Positions 44,181 to 60,312 of a stretch of DNA of 64,000 nucleotides are shown here, in pieces; position 1 is the stretch's first letter; each line of letters opens with the position of its first letter. The translations under genes and the position numbers were made by a program. The stretch comes from Octopus vulgaris. Lineage: Eukaryota. The stretch lies in the NCBI GenBank assembly GCA_951406725.2, contig OX597831.1, forward strand, positions 81,468,001 through 81,532,000. The letters run 5' to 3'. The notes beneath the pieces are model-generated. The model made no database searches. It worked only from the letters and a program-made list of their open reading frames with translations, and was not told the origin of the DNA.

Positions 44181-44788
44181 AGGGCTTTTTAGGCCTCTCC
44201 CTACTTGTCTGTCTTCCTCTCTACTTGTCTCTCTCCTTCTTATTATTCACCCTTTCTGGTTTCTTCTCCCCCTCTCTCTCTCTCCTCCTCCTCCTCCTCT
44301 CTCTGGCCGTTGATCGGAGTGCTACTAAAACTTTCTTTCGTGCGTTCAACAAGCATACATCGACTTCTCTGTCTTTCGGAAGCCGATCTTTCACATGCGT
44401 TCTAACTAATTTTTCCACCGTCTAAGCCTTAAAAAGCCCTTATTGTTGGTTTCCTTGTCCTGTTATTCTTTATTTGTACTGTTTTTTCCACTGTTTTTTC
44501 TTCATTTGTATTGCTTTTACGTCCTGTTCTTGTCACTTGTTTTACCCCTCTGCAAAGGAATTTTATTTAATTCCTTTTGCAGAAAGGACTGCTTCGGCCT
44601 GGCCGTGTTCTGCCCTTACCTTCGAAACACGCATTGAGTCGAACCAGGGGCAGCTGATGAAGGGGAATTTTCCTTGTATTGTTTGTCCTGTACTCTGTTT
44701 TTTCGTTGTAAAAAAAAAGTTCGTTTCCTTGTTTGATTTTATGTTTTCGTTTCTCGTTGTGTTCTACGTTTATTTGTGGTGTCATGTA

Positions 44789-44852
<64 letters not shown>

Positions 44853-44963
44853 GATATAAGTATGTACATATATGTGTGTATATATGTATATGTTTTATTT
44901 ATTTATTATATTGTTATTATATGACCGAACGCACGCGTTGTTTCTCTTCTCCAAGTAAGTTTT
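44181..44963 (+). mobile_element. Second copy of the non-coding PLE/retrozyme-like element
   Basis: Colinear with 40720-41513, including the CT-rich 5' part and the CCAAGTAAGTTT end. Confidence 0.8.
44604..44665 (+). ncRNA. Putative hammerhead ribozyme with swapped strand order, copy B
   Basis: CGTGT-T-CTGCCCTT / CCTTC-GAAA-CACG / AGGGGCAG-CTGATGA-AGGGG. Stem I shows a compensatory T-A to C-G change versus copy A. Confidence 0.65.
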
Positions 44964-45089
44964 TATATATATACATGCAGTAGTGTTTCGGTTTTCGCAC
45001 AACTCTGATCGCGAATAAATCGTAATCTATCTATCTATCTATCTATCTATCTATATATATATATATATATATATATATCTATCTATCTA

Positions 45090-45139
<50 letters not shown>

Positions 45140-45149
45140 TAGATAGATC

Positions 45150-45223
<74 letters not shown>

Positions 45224-45239
45224 CAAAGATATATATAAA

Positions 45240-45810
45240 GCACGATTTATTCGCGATCAGAGTTGTTCGAAAACCTAAGTACAACTGTATACTCGTTCTG
45301 TGCAATTGAAGCAATATTAGATTAAAATAGCTGTCTGTGTATCATACTTAATGTAAATGTTTCTCGAAAATTGAAATTAACTGCAGCATTCGTCCAACGA
45401 TTACATCTCTTATGGATGTACTGTGTTGAAAAACACTAAAAATCCATCAGTAGCAGGCAAAAGTCACCTAGCAGTCTTTGCTGAGAATGCTAGAAGTGCA
45501 TTTTTGCTTTGCCGGGTTTTGCGAGTGGCATGTGCTCACTGCCAACAACAGACGAAGACAAATTTTGTTTCGAAACTGTTTAGTATGGACGTATTTGTGG
45601 TTTTAGATAGAGTAAATTGATATAAGATAATATCTGCGAATGAATATCGCAGTTAATTTGCCCTTTCTAACATACTGATGAAGGACGGCAGTCCGAAACA
45701 TCTAAACCGCTGTGATCCCGATTCTTGTAAAACTGTAATAAAGAAAGACTCTGTGAAAAGTGATTGTTCAATTTAAGGTTAAATCGTTTTTATTGTAACC
45801 CAATATAAAA
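45240..45810 (+). mobile_element. Highly decayed Penelope-like 3' end with degenerate HHR (45675-45704)
   Basis: CTGATGA A GGAC-GGCA-GTCC GAAAC. Upstream VYSFC and NARSAFLL...CQQQ..NFVSKLF weakly resemble a GIY-YIG domain and PLE C-terminus. Short inverted copy of the 5' end at 44985-45022. Confidence 0.5.
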
Positions 45811-46057
45811 AAATGAAACATCAATGTGTGTGTGTGTGTGTGTAATCCACCACCGCTTGGCAATCGGTGTCTAAATAGAACCGATAGAAAAGTACCTTGT
45901 TTGAAAAATAAGTTCTGGGAATGATTCGGTTGACTAAAACACTTCCAAGCGGTGCCCCAGCATGGGCACTTAGCATTTTAGCACGCGTACACACACAGAC
46001 GCACGCACACGCACACACATAACCATACACACGCACATTCACACACACACACATGCG

Positions 46058-46126
<69 letters not shown>

Positions 46127-46362
46127 CTGGGAAGGTAAACCAACTCATTCTTCGTCGCTAGCAGCGTTGGAACCCAGAATGTGAGGGAAACCATACCGTA
46201 AATTCTTATCAACATTTCTCTAACTCCACCTCCCAATAATGTGGGCGGAGTTAAGCAAGAAAATATAATAATGAAGCTGTCAGTATTAGTTTGTGGTAAT
46301 GGCGCCACCCACATTATGGAGAATCTTCATAATTCAATTAATAGCCGTGCAGGAATGATATG

Positions 46363-46780
46363 GGCGCAGGTGGGGCTGTGTGGTAAGAAGCTTGCCTCCC
46401 AACCAGATGGTTCCAGGTTCAGTTCTACTGCGTGGAACCTTGGGCAAGTGTCTTCTACTATAGCCTCGGGCCGATCAAAGCCTTGTGAGTAGATTTGGTT
46501 GACGGAAACTGAAAGAAGCCCATCGTATGTATGTATGCGTGTGTTCGTGTGTGTGTGTGTGTATGTGTGTGTGTCTGTTTGTCACACCCGCCTTCGCTTA
46601 ACAACCGACGCTGTTGTGTTTATGTCCCCCGTAACCAAAATGCTTCGGCAAAAGAGACCCGACAAAATAAGTATTAGGCTTACAAAGAATAAGTCCCGGG
46701 GTCGATTTGTTCGGCTAAAGCCCTTCAAGGCGGTGCTCCAGCTTGGTCGCAGTCAACTGAGTGAAACAAATAAAAGAATG
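46363..46780 (+). mobile_element. SINE family A
   Basis: Full-length match. Confidence 0.9.
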
Positions 46781-46794
46781 AATATATATATATA

Positions 46795-46851
46795 TTGTCG
46801 TTCAGTACTCGAAATGAGGAGCAGGTAGACAGCCGACAACTGATGAAGGGT
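46795..46851 (+). ncRNA. Swapped-order hammerhead motif, copy D (different subfamily, starts at the predicted cleavage site)
   Basis: (TA)n|TTGTCG...ACTC-GAAA...CGACAA-CTGATGA-A-GGGT. Stem I TTGTCG:CGACAA and stem II GGGT:ACTC are conserved as pairs despite different sequence. Confidence 0.55.
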
Positions 46852-46959
46852 CGGTCTTTATGTTACTTATCCTGTTTTCTATTTGTTTCTCTCATTGTTT
46901 GCGCATCGAACTCATTTGTTTTCGTATTTCATGTTGTTTACTGTTGGTGACGTCCCGAA

Positions 46960-47087
<128 letters not shown>

Positions 47088-47122
47088 CTTTTATTTCTTT
47101 CAGTCATTTCACATTTCACATT

Positions 47123-47170
47123 GTCTCTGATGAAGGAATATCCCTAATATCCCAGAAACAGCTGTAAGAC
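47123..47170 (+). ncRNA. Minimal type I hammerhead ribozyme (PLE type)
   Basis: GTCT CTGATGA A GGAATAT..ATATCCC A GAAA C AGCT G TA AGAC. Intact core, palindromic stem III ACAGCTGT, GUA site, stem I GTCT:AGAC. Confidence 0.8.
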
Positions 47171-48418
47171 TAACTTTCTCTTTGCAAGTGTCCTGCAAAT
47201 TCCACACAGCCTTGACTTTGTTGTCTCACACCCCCACACACACATAAATATATAAATGACCCCCGGAGTATAACTAGTATTGATTGATTAACCAGGAAAA
47301 GATGACAGGTAAAAAAGCTTAATCTCCGGATCTTGAACTCAAAACGTTAAGATCCGTAATTGAAGCTACTCTAACGGTTCCGCTAACCAATAGATTGTCT
47401 CTGTCTTCCTCATTATATGACTGGTACTCATGTGATGGATCGAATCCCACCTGTCCCTCGAGTGGTGTTTGGACTTAGAATATAAGAAATGAGCGCCGAT
47501 AAAGGGCCAGAACTTTGAGGAAGGGGAATAGTCTATTGGGGGTGGGGGAAACTGAAGGAGAACCTATTATATTGGGGGAAGGAAGGGTATCTTATATCAT
47601 TCGGAGGGGGGTGGGGAATACAGGTTGTTGCAGATGGAGCGACGTCTTATACTGAGGAAACGTTTTAGTGCAGGGGCAAACATTTCCGAAGAAAAAGTTC
47701 CGCGCTCGGATCACAGGTTCTAACTCTGATATCTTTGTGAATTTTGTATAATTTTGTATAATTTTGTATAATTGTTAATAAAGAGAAAGTTTAACTCATT
47801 CAATTAACGCCTAACATCTTCATTAACGCCGCCACTCAATTTAGGACGTTTCTATTACTTAAGGGATATTCTATATTTCCGGATAGAATGTAGTTGGGTC
47901 TCAAGGGGGTGGTACAAACCTAGAAATATGTGTTTTGTAGTGGAAACAAAATTTCCATTCAAATGGCAATTCCGGGACGATATCTGGCCATTTTAAGTTG
48001 TAATGGTAACGTGACCCGATGTCGCAAATAGTTATACGAACAGTGAATAAATTTTGATGGAGAAATTTACTATATTTGGTACTTATGAGAATATCAGCCA
48101 GAGGGCGCAATAAAAGGGGCTGGCGGGGGTTTCCCCGCCCCTGTTTTATACGAAGCTCAAGACGAACAGCCTTGATACAAAAAAAAAAAAGAAATAAAAG
48201 TCGCAGGGGTTGAAGGAAAATAAACACTACAAGGTCACGTGGTTTTACTGATATTATCTTCTTGTACAACTCGAAAAGCCTCTTCATGATCGTTTGGCTC
48301 GCTAGAAATAGCAGCCAAATTCACACGCTACTTCTAACTGCCCCAATGTACCCGTATGTTCTCTGCTCGTAGGTAAAAGTTGGGAATGTCATGATTGGAA
48401 TGCTTTTGTCAGAGATCT

Positions 48419-48455
<37 letters not shown>

Positions 48456-49338
48456 CCAGCGTCTACAAGGTTGAAATTCTACAAATAGCAGCGAAACATA
48501 GTCTAATTTACGCCCTGGCGTCTTAGAAAAAGACATAATGTTCCAAGAAAAAAGACAAGGTGGTCATGGTTGGAATAACTTTGATTATGCTTCTGTTGGA
48601 TCAGGGCTGACATAGGATTAACAAATAATAATAACAACAACTACAAAAACAATCATAAGTATAAATGAATTACTATTTCACTGCCGAAGTTTGCTGATTG
48701 TCTTTTACTCTGACTCCGCCCACAGCCCCACCCATACAGTATCTTAACTAGTTATTAATTAGTGCTGATTAATAGTTAAGGGATTAATTAACTTTGCGCT
48801 TTATTGCCGCTTCAGTTTCCTCGTAGCGTGTCTAATATAAATAGACAATGCAAAGTGGGAGGAGATACGGGCTGGGTGGGACAGGTAAGTTAAAAAGAAG
48901 GTGGTGCTATGGTTTAGACACACCCACTGATTTATGCTGCCTGCTTTGTTGGTAGAATATTCGTAGCGTGATTGCTTCTATGTGTGAGTGAATGTCTGTG
49001 TGTCTCTGTGAGGGGCGGTTTCTGTGGCTTTATGTGTGTATGTGGGTGGGGGTGGGGTGGAAGTATATATCGAATTCAGCGTTCGTAAGAATGTACCCAG
49101 GTATGTGTCTGTTTGTCGCTTATTCTCTGCGCATCGATGTGCGGATATCTCTCACCATCAATTTATATGTATATCGATATGTGTGTGCCGATATATCCTT
49201 TTTATGATTTAGTCATTAGACTGCGGCCAAGCTGGGGCACCGCCTTCAAGAATTTTGGTCGAATGATGCGATACCAGTACATTTTTTTAAGCTCGGCACA
49301 TATTCCATCGGTCTGTTTGGCCGAACCGTTAACACATT

Positions 49339-49387
<49 letters not shown>

Positions 49388-49613
49388 ACAGACACACACA
49401 CATATTGAGGAAAAGGAGGCAGTCAGAATTTTGCATAATCCTGTATTTAACACTTTCGTTCGTAAAAGATTATCCAAAATTCTGACTGCCTCCTTTTTCT
49501 AAACATACAATATCTGTACACCACTTCAAACACTCTATACAAACATGTGTGTGTGTGTGTGTGTATCTAATGAGGCGGGTTTATAGATTAAGTATATCGG
49601 AGACAGCTTGTTA

Positions 49614-50575
49614 TACGTGGTCTGATCAATAAGTATCCGGACCGTTGCCATAGAAACGAAGCTAAAGCATGCAGCTTGGCAAAGATTGATCCTGAACTTT
49701 GCTGTAGATGCGCACTAAGTTTAACCTTCTGGCTCACGTCTGGTGTTTACTACTGTGCTTGGAAGGAAAGTGTGTAGCGTGTGAGCGTCACATTGATCAG
49801 GACAGAGAAAGTTGAGTAGAGAATCTGCATCAAATTTTGCCAAAAGCTTGGCGATACCTGCTCAGAGGAGGCCTACCCAAAGTTGCAGAAAGTGTATGGA
49901 GAGGAGTAGGAGTGGTTCAGATGTTTCCAAGATGGTCGAAAAAATGTCGATGTTGACGAAAGTCTTGGGAGATCCGCAACCAGCAGAAAAGAGAAAAAAC
50001 ATCGTAGATCTGCGTGAGGCTGCGAGGGGAAATCGTCGAATCACCATCCGTGGGTTATCAGAGGATGTGCAGATTATTTACGGTTCAGTTCACTCCATTA
50101 TCCCTGACGATTTGGGTATGAGACGCGTGCTTACCAAGTTTGTGCTAAAACTGTTCTCAGCTGACCAAAATGACACCCAAGTTTCAGTTGCACAAGATCA
50201 CCTTGGTTGTGTAGACAACGCTGAAAACTTTTTGAAAACGGTCATAACGGGTGATGAATCGTGGGTCTATTGCTATGATCCCGAAACAAAGGTTGAGACG
50301 TCGCAGCCAACCCCTCAGAAACCGAAGAGAACACCAATGAGTCGAAGTAATGTGAAGACACTGTCGACTGTTTTCTTCGACTACAAGGGGAAGGCTAAAC
50401 ACAGCACTCCTCAGGTCCGATAGCCACCGTATTCCTCAGATCTCGTCCCTTGCGACTTTTTCCTCTTTCCAAAATTCAAATCTCGCTTTAATGGAAGAAT
50501 GTGACTATGCAGCTGCTGATTATCCCAGAAAACGAGTTCCAGGAATGCTTCCATCAATGGAATCAGCGTTGGATG
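49614..50575 (+). mobile_element. Decayed, internally deleted mariner (DD34D-type) transposon
   Basis: ORF 49812-50423 has RITIRGLSEDV, KFVLKL and VITGDESWVYCYDPETK; downstream PPYSSDLVPCDFFLFPK. The left end TACGTGGTCTGATCAATAAGTATCCGGAC is TIR-like. Confidence 0.92.
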
Positions 50576-51055
50576 CGTAAAACACTTCATCTCACGTTGA
50601 TCTACCTTCATTTCGACATCTGACGGCGTCACACTTGTGCACCTGTCAGGCAATGTCAATCTGATAGAGACAAAAGGTGCATTTATGTGGACACGAGTAT
50701 TTTTGATCTCTATAAACAAATCATCTGTGATGGTGGTCATTCAGTAACAGGTTTCGGAGCCCTCATCTGTCGCATAACGACGGCAGAATCCATAACACAC
50801 GTATGCGTCTGTATGTATGTGTGTGTGTGTGTGTGTGGGGAGACATATATACGCACGCACGCACGAACGCGCACACTATTGTTTAGTTTACCTGCCTATA
50901 GCACGGTGAGATATTGAAGTCCACTTCTTGGCAATGGCTTCATTTGAGGTAGATGATAGAAGCAGGTTTGAAACCCCGTCCATCGTATTCAGACAGCATT
51001 GACATTTGCTATTATTTCAAAGGCATGCAAGATACAACACACTTCTTTGGCGTGA

Positions 51056-51124
<69 letters not shown>

Positions 51125-51284
51125 CGAACCCATTTCTTATTAGAACTTCCCCCATCCTGCAGATACCGTTCGGTCTCCCTGTTATGTCAGCTTCTTTAAG
51201 ATGTTCTCTGCCACTGAAGGCTTAGTGTATTTTCATGTTTTTAATATTTAACAATAAAAGAGCGAACGCAATATTCTGAATTAG

Positions 51285-51545
51285 CCTCGCCCATATTTGG
51301 AAGAAGGAGGAGTTACAGAAATGATAGAGGCGGGAACACAAGGATCTCTGTGAGGTCTTCCAATGTTGCAGAGAGGAGGAGTTACAGAAACGTTAGGGCT
51401 GGAAGACAAAGGCTTGAGTCAGCTCTGCCCATATTGCAAAGAGATGGAGGTACAGAAATAGTTACGAGTGGAACTCAATGATCCGTGCTACCTCCGACTA
51501 TGTTGCAGGTAAGTGGAGTCACAAAAACGGTAGAAAACGGACCAA
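51285..51545. repeat. Degenerate ~69-bp tandem repeat, 4 units
   Basis: The GGAGTTACAGAAA anchor recurs at 51313, 51382, 51450 and 51519 (periods 69, 68, 69). Confidence 0.75.
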
Positions 51546-51705
51546 AATACATTTCGCTATGTCTCTCTATTTTGACTTAAAATCCTGCAAGTCTTAACTA
51601 AAAGTTGCTCCTGTTTTAAAGAAACGGTAGCATTTGATTCTTGTGGCAGATATTTGAAGGCTCGAACGTTAAGAGGAAATTAGAAACCAAGTCCAATTAA
51701 CATTT

Positions 51706-54600
<2,895 letters not shown>

Positions 54601-55543
54601 AGTAAGCCACTAAATCCACAAGAAACAACAGTTACACCACCCGTAAAGTGACACTCGTTACACGAAAATCAGAGATCACTTGTTCAGTTTCCATAGAGGC
54701 AGGTCAACCGGAGTCTTGCTCTTCTTCTTCGAGATGGCCACGGCTGATATGACTTCGATTTCTGATACAAGGAAAGCCTATGATCAAAGCAGCTCTAGTC
54801 ATGACCACCTACTCTTTTCCGACATATATTTTGCAATACGTCTTTTTTAAGAAGGCAAGTATGATTTGAGGTTGTTTGGCTGCTCCATCTAGCAAGTAGA
54901 ATGACCAGGTAGAGGACTTTCTCCTTGCTACCCAGTAACCAGCAAATATTCAGCGTACTTCCTCTGCTCACCCATCGACTCCACCTGTTTACTAGGAGAA
55001 ACCTCTATATGGTCGTACGATCTTCTAGAAATAGCAGCCAGATCCCTTTTAAATCGTACCTTACGATATGCAAAGCAATCTCGTTTGGTCAGGTGGTTCT
55101 GCGTTCCTTGTACATGGATGCTTTTAATTATTGGTCAGCTCACTCAGAGCAAACCAGCGGCTGAACAGCAACAACAACAGAAACAACTAATTTGTCTGCT
55201 CTTAAATCAGAAATTTCCTATCATATCGCAGTATATTTCGATGATACTTTCTCCTCGATCCATTATCAAATGCCGAGTGGTCAGTTACATCTCCCAAACT
55301 TTTACATTCGTATAACGTATTATAGAACATATCTACAGATTTTAGTTGCCGACACTGTGATTGGACAACGATTGTAAACAATTCGTCAATATATTCGTAG
55401 AGAGAGAAAAAAGAGGAACGACTGTGCATACGTTCCGACCCTTTTTGGAATCTTCGTCAGCAAGTGCGTAGCCTCTTGAACTGTCCAACTATATGCATGC
55501 ACGTATGTATGTATGTATGTATGTATGTATGTATGTATGTATG

Positions 55544-55574
<31 letters not shown>

Positions 55575-55611
55575 GTATGTATGTACATATGTATATATAC
55601 ATATACATAAG

Positions 55612-55688
<77 letters not shown>

Positions 55689-55719
55689 GCTTATATATAT
55701 ATACATATATATACGATCT

Positions 55720-56040
55720 GAACCGCAAGCAAAAGATTCCCAAAATGTTCAGTGCCATTCCCTGCATATCCATTTCTGTGAGGGAATCCTCAAAAGTTCT
55801 CTGTGGGGCAGGTCAGTTGTAATTCAGATTTCCACTGCTAAAAGCCGCTTGATACGACCCTCAGGTATTGTCGAGTGGAGTCGTACTGCCACTTGTGTGG
55901 GTGGGTCATTGTTTTGCAGTGTATCTCCTCTGTTCGTCGATCTTTGCGGTGGATAAAACAAAGAAATGGCGTGCCGAAACAGTTGTCATACTTCAAACAG
56001 CTGACAAGGACGCTGCCATGAGCACAACACAAGTCTATCA
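55720..56040 (-). pseudogene. Possible very old mariner N-terminal fragment
   Basis: MAASLSA...FIHRKDRRTEEIHCK resembles the mariner N-terminus (RFL.AKG..P.EIH); weak. Confidence 0.3.
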
Positions 56041-56087
56041 GTGATCGTCTCTTAGAGACATGCTTTAATAAAAGCTGAGGGGTGCCT

Positions 56088-56568
56088 CATACATACCTAC
56101 ATACATACATACATACATACATACATACATACATACATACATACATACATACAGACAGACAGATAGACATACATACATACATACATACCTACATACATAC
56201 ATACATACATACATACATACAGACAGACAGATAGACATACATACATACATACATACCTACATACATACATACATACATACATACATACATACAGACAGAC
56301 AGATAGACATACATACATACATACATACCTACATACATACATACATACATACATACATACCTACATACATACATACATACATACATACCTACATACATAC
56401 ATACATACCTACATACATACATACATACATACATACATACATACATACATACATACCTACATACATACATACATACATACATACAATACATCCATACATA
56501 CATACATACATACATACAATACATACATACAATACATACATACATACATACATACATACCTACATACA

Positions 56569-56600
<32 letters not shown>

Positions 56601-57047
56601 CATACATACAATACATACATACATACATACATACATACAATACATACATACATACATACATACATACATACATACCTACATACATACATACATACATACA
56701 TACATACATACATACATACATACAATACATACATACAATACATACATACATACATACATACATACAATACATACATACATACATACATACATACATACAT
56801 ACATACCTACATACATACATACATACATACATACATACATACAATACATCCATACATACATACATACATACATACATACAATACATACATACAATACATA
56901 CATACATACATACATACATACATACATACATACATACATACATACCTACATACATACATACATACATACATACATACATACATACATACAATACATACAT
57001 ACATACATACATACATACATACCTACATACATACATACATACATACA

Positions 57048-57081
<34 letters not shown>

Positions 57082-57302
57082 CAATACATACATACAATAC
57101 ATACATACCTACATACATACATACATACATACATACATACATACAATACATACATACATACATACATACATACATACATACATACATACATACCTACATA
57201 CATACATACATACATACATACATACATACATACATACATACAATACATACATACATACACGCATACATACATACATAGATACATACATACATACATACAT
57301 AT
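56088..57302. repeat. 1.2-kb (ACAT)n array with higher-order structure
   Basis: Regular ACCT, ACAAT and ACAGACAGACAGATAG interruptions. Confidence 0.97.
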
Positions 57303-57568
57303 GTATAAAACCGTATTACAAAGTTTGATGAGATATGCGCCTATCTGTAAGAAACAAGCCATTATGTCCCGGATCAAAGGTAATACAGACATATCTACAC
57401 CGAATGATTTATATTCAAAATTCTTCTTTTCCGTTCTATTTTCTTTACGCAGACTGCATTGTCAAAGCTCTAATGAAGAAATTTTGAAATTCTTTTCAGC
57501 AGATCTCAATGAAAAATACTTGCTTTATGTATTTAAGTGCTTGCATTAAACGCGCGCGCGTGTATAAT

Positions 57569-57630
<62 letters not shown>

Positions 57631-57793
57631 TATATATATATATCATTCTCTACATATGTACATCTATATATGGATATATATATTTATATATGTATGTAGA
57701 TATGTATATATGAGTATATATATGTATATATATATAGTTTATGTATATTTATATGTATATATGTGTATATATATATGTATATATTTATATTTG

Positions 57794-57841
<48 letters not shown>

Positions 57842-57911
57842 GATAAGTTTGAAAGTTTTGTGTAATTATATTTCTGGCCTCCGTTCCCCATCAATCATTC
57901 CAACAGACCAC

Positions 57912-58010
<99 letters not shown>

Positions 58011-58580
58011 CAGTAGTATTTGTTATTGTTGTTGTAGTTATAGCAGCAGCAAAGGTGGTGGTGTTGGTGGTTGTGGTGATGGAAATCGTATGTGTTGTTG
58101 AAAGTCAACGTAGCTGCTGGCTTAATTCAGCCGAGCCAGACTTGGAAAATAGAACGAAAAGAAGAAAAAAGAAGAAAAACAAGAATATTTGAAATGGATA
58201 AGAAATCTAAATAACAAAAGCAAAAAGCAGTACATATATTTAGCTAATCAATATGTTAATAAACGTAATTAATTGATAATCAATATATACTCTTTCATAG
58301 CCATAACATAGTCTTCGGTGGAATCGTAATGATAAGAGACATGGCAATTATTCATTTATAAACATAAAAAGAGATAAAGAGAGTGATGGGGGGAGTAGGT
58401 TCGTGCGTGAAGGAGTGAGAGGAAGGAGAAGAGAGAGAGAGAGAGGAATGAGGAAGAAAATGAGATAGAGAGAGAGAGAGTAAAAGAGAAATTAAGGTAG
58501 AATCTATGGAATTTTCTCGAAAAGCTTTTCTCTTTAGAATCAACCACCCCAACATACACGCGCAAAATATCTACAAGCAT

Positions 58581-58644
<64 letters not shown>

Positions 58645-58764
58645 TATATATCTATATTTATATACATATATATATTTATATACGTATATATATATATACA
58701 TTTATATTCATATATATACATTTATATACATATATATATATACATTTATATATATGCCTATGCT

Positions 58765-58811
<47 letters not shown>

Positions 58812-59779
58812 TGTATATATATACAAGCATAGACATATACACACTCGTAGACACACATACATTCAGACGTATGTGTATATACATACATGCACGTACATAT
58901 ATGCACACATACAATTACACACACACACACACGCGCACACACACGTGGGCACACGAACAAACACACATACACATACACACACAAGCACTCACACACAAAA
59001 ACATACACACACGTTCTTACGAATCCATTAGTCTTGTTGCTGCCATATTTGACACTTTGGAGAAGAGAAGCGATTTGACAGAATTTCTAATTCAATAATG
59101 GTATTCCAATATTACAAATGGCATCGCTTCTCTCAATGTTATCACAACTATACCAACTTTCAATTAGCCACCTACACAACCACCCCCATACAAATATTAC
59201 ACGTCATACACATGTATACACACACGTACATATATAGAAAGATATATATGCCTGTGTGTATGTATGTGTATGTGTATTTATATATATCCATCCATATAAA
59301 TATATATGTATATAGATATATATATGTGTGTGTGTATATATGTGTATGTAAGCATGGTTGTATCGATATACAGGGGTGTACTTGCGTGTGCGCGCGTGCG
59401 CATATACTGTATTTGGAGTTGCAGTTAGTGTATTTGTATTTATATTTCGCATTTTATATAACCCCGCTCTTCTCGCGAGCTTTATTATAATAAGTGACTG
59501 CTTCATTAAACGTTCCTTCATTGGCAGGTCTTTTAGATAAGCTTTCTAGGTGTGTGGCTGCATTATTTATGATAATTTCAGAATGATTTCATAGTTTCTT
59601 TATTAAACTATGTGTTATTTGTTTCATTTTGGTGACGGTTTGGCTAAAATGATGAATTGTTTAAATTTATGGCAACAACTCAGATAATTGTGGTAGAGTG
59701 CAGCTTCCTTCACATTCTTTCCTTCTTTGGGAGACCGAAATTCTTTGTAAATCGCTTTGCTCCTTATCAGTAACGCCCT

Positions 59780-60160
59780 CATTTGGGAGCCGTGGCACTG
59801 TTGTAATTACTGAAACCCTGAATCGTATCCAGAGAATGGCCACTCGGCTGACTGACAATCCATCAAAAACGAGCACGTTCCAGCATCTTTCACACGAGCA
59901 TGCTGTCCTCTCTGTCACTGTTATTCTCGGATCTGGTTGGTGCTGTATCCTCCCTATTGAACTCTCCAAAGTCAACTCCTTTCTCTCCTCAATATTCCCA
60001 ACAGCCATTTCCAAAAACAAGTTACCATTCACAATCCTTCCTTCCCAAACATTGTCACTCCGGAATCTCCTCTTTGCTCAGGTCTTTCTTGCATGTGTTT
60101 CAACGGAATATTAGCAATATCAAACCTCGAGCAACTTACAAGGTCCTCCACACACAGTAA
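59780..60160 (+). pseudogene. Decayed LINE 3' fragment (Jockey/CR1/L2-like group)
   Basis: TLNRIQRMATRLTDNPSKTSTFQHLSH and PKTSYHSQSFLP...NLLFAQVF resemble the LDRIQRRA.RL...PLSHRR and SF.P.T..LWN.LP..VF C-termini. Confidence 0.6.
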
Positions 60161-60209
60161 GTAAAGATACATACATAAGTATATGTACATCTCTCTCTCT
60201 CTCTCCACC

Positions 60210-60312
<103 letters not shown>

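Noticed and set aside
50742-50775. Minus CAGATGA-GG-GCT-CC-GAAAC-CT-GTT motif
   Set aside because: Core U4 is mutated, stem II is only 2 bp, and there is no stem I.
51285-51545. CRISPR-like repeat/spacer pattern
   Set aside because: Repeats are degenerate, spacers resemble each other, the context is eukaryotic and there are no cas genes.
59667-60032. 121-aa minus-strand ORF
   Set aside because: Antisense shadow of the plus-strand LINE remnant.
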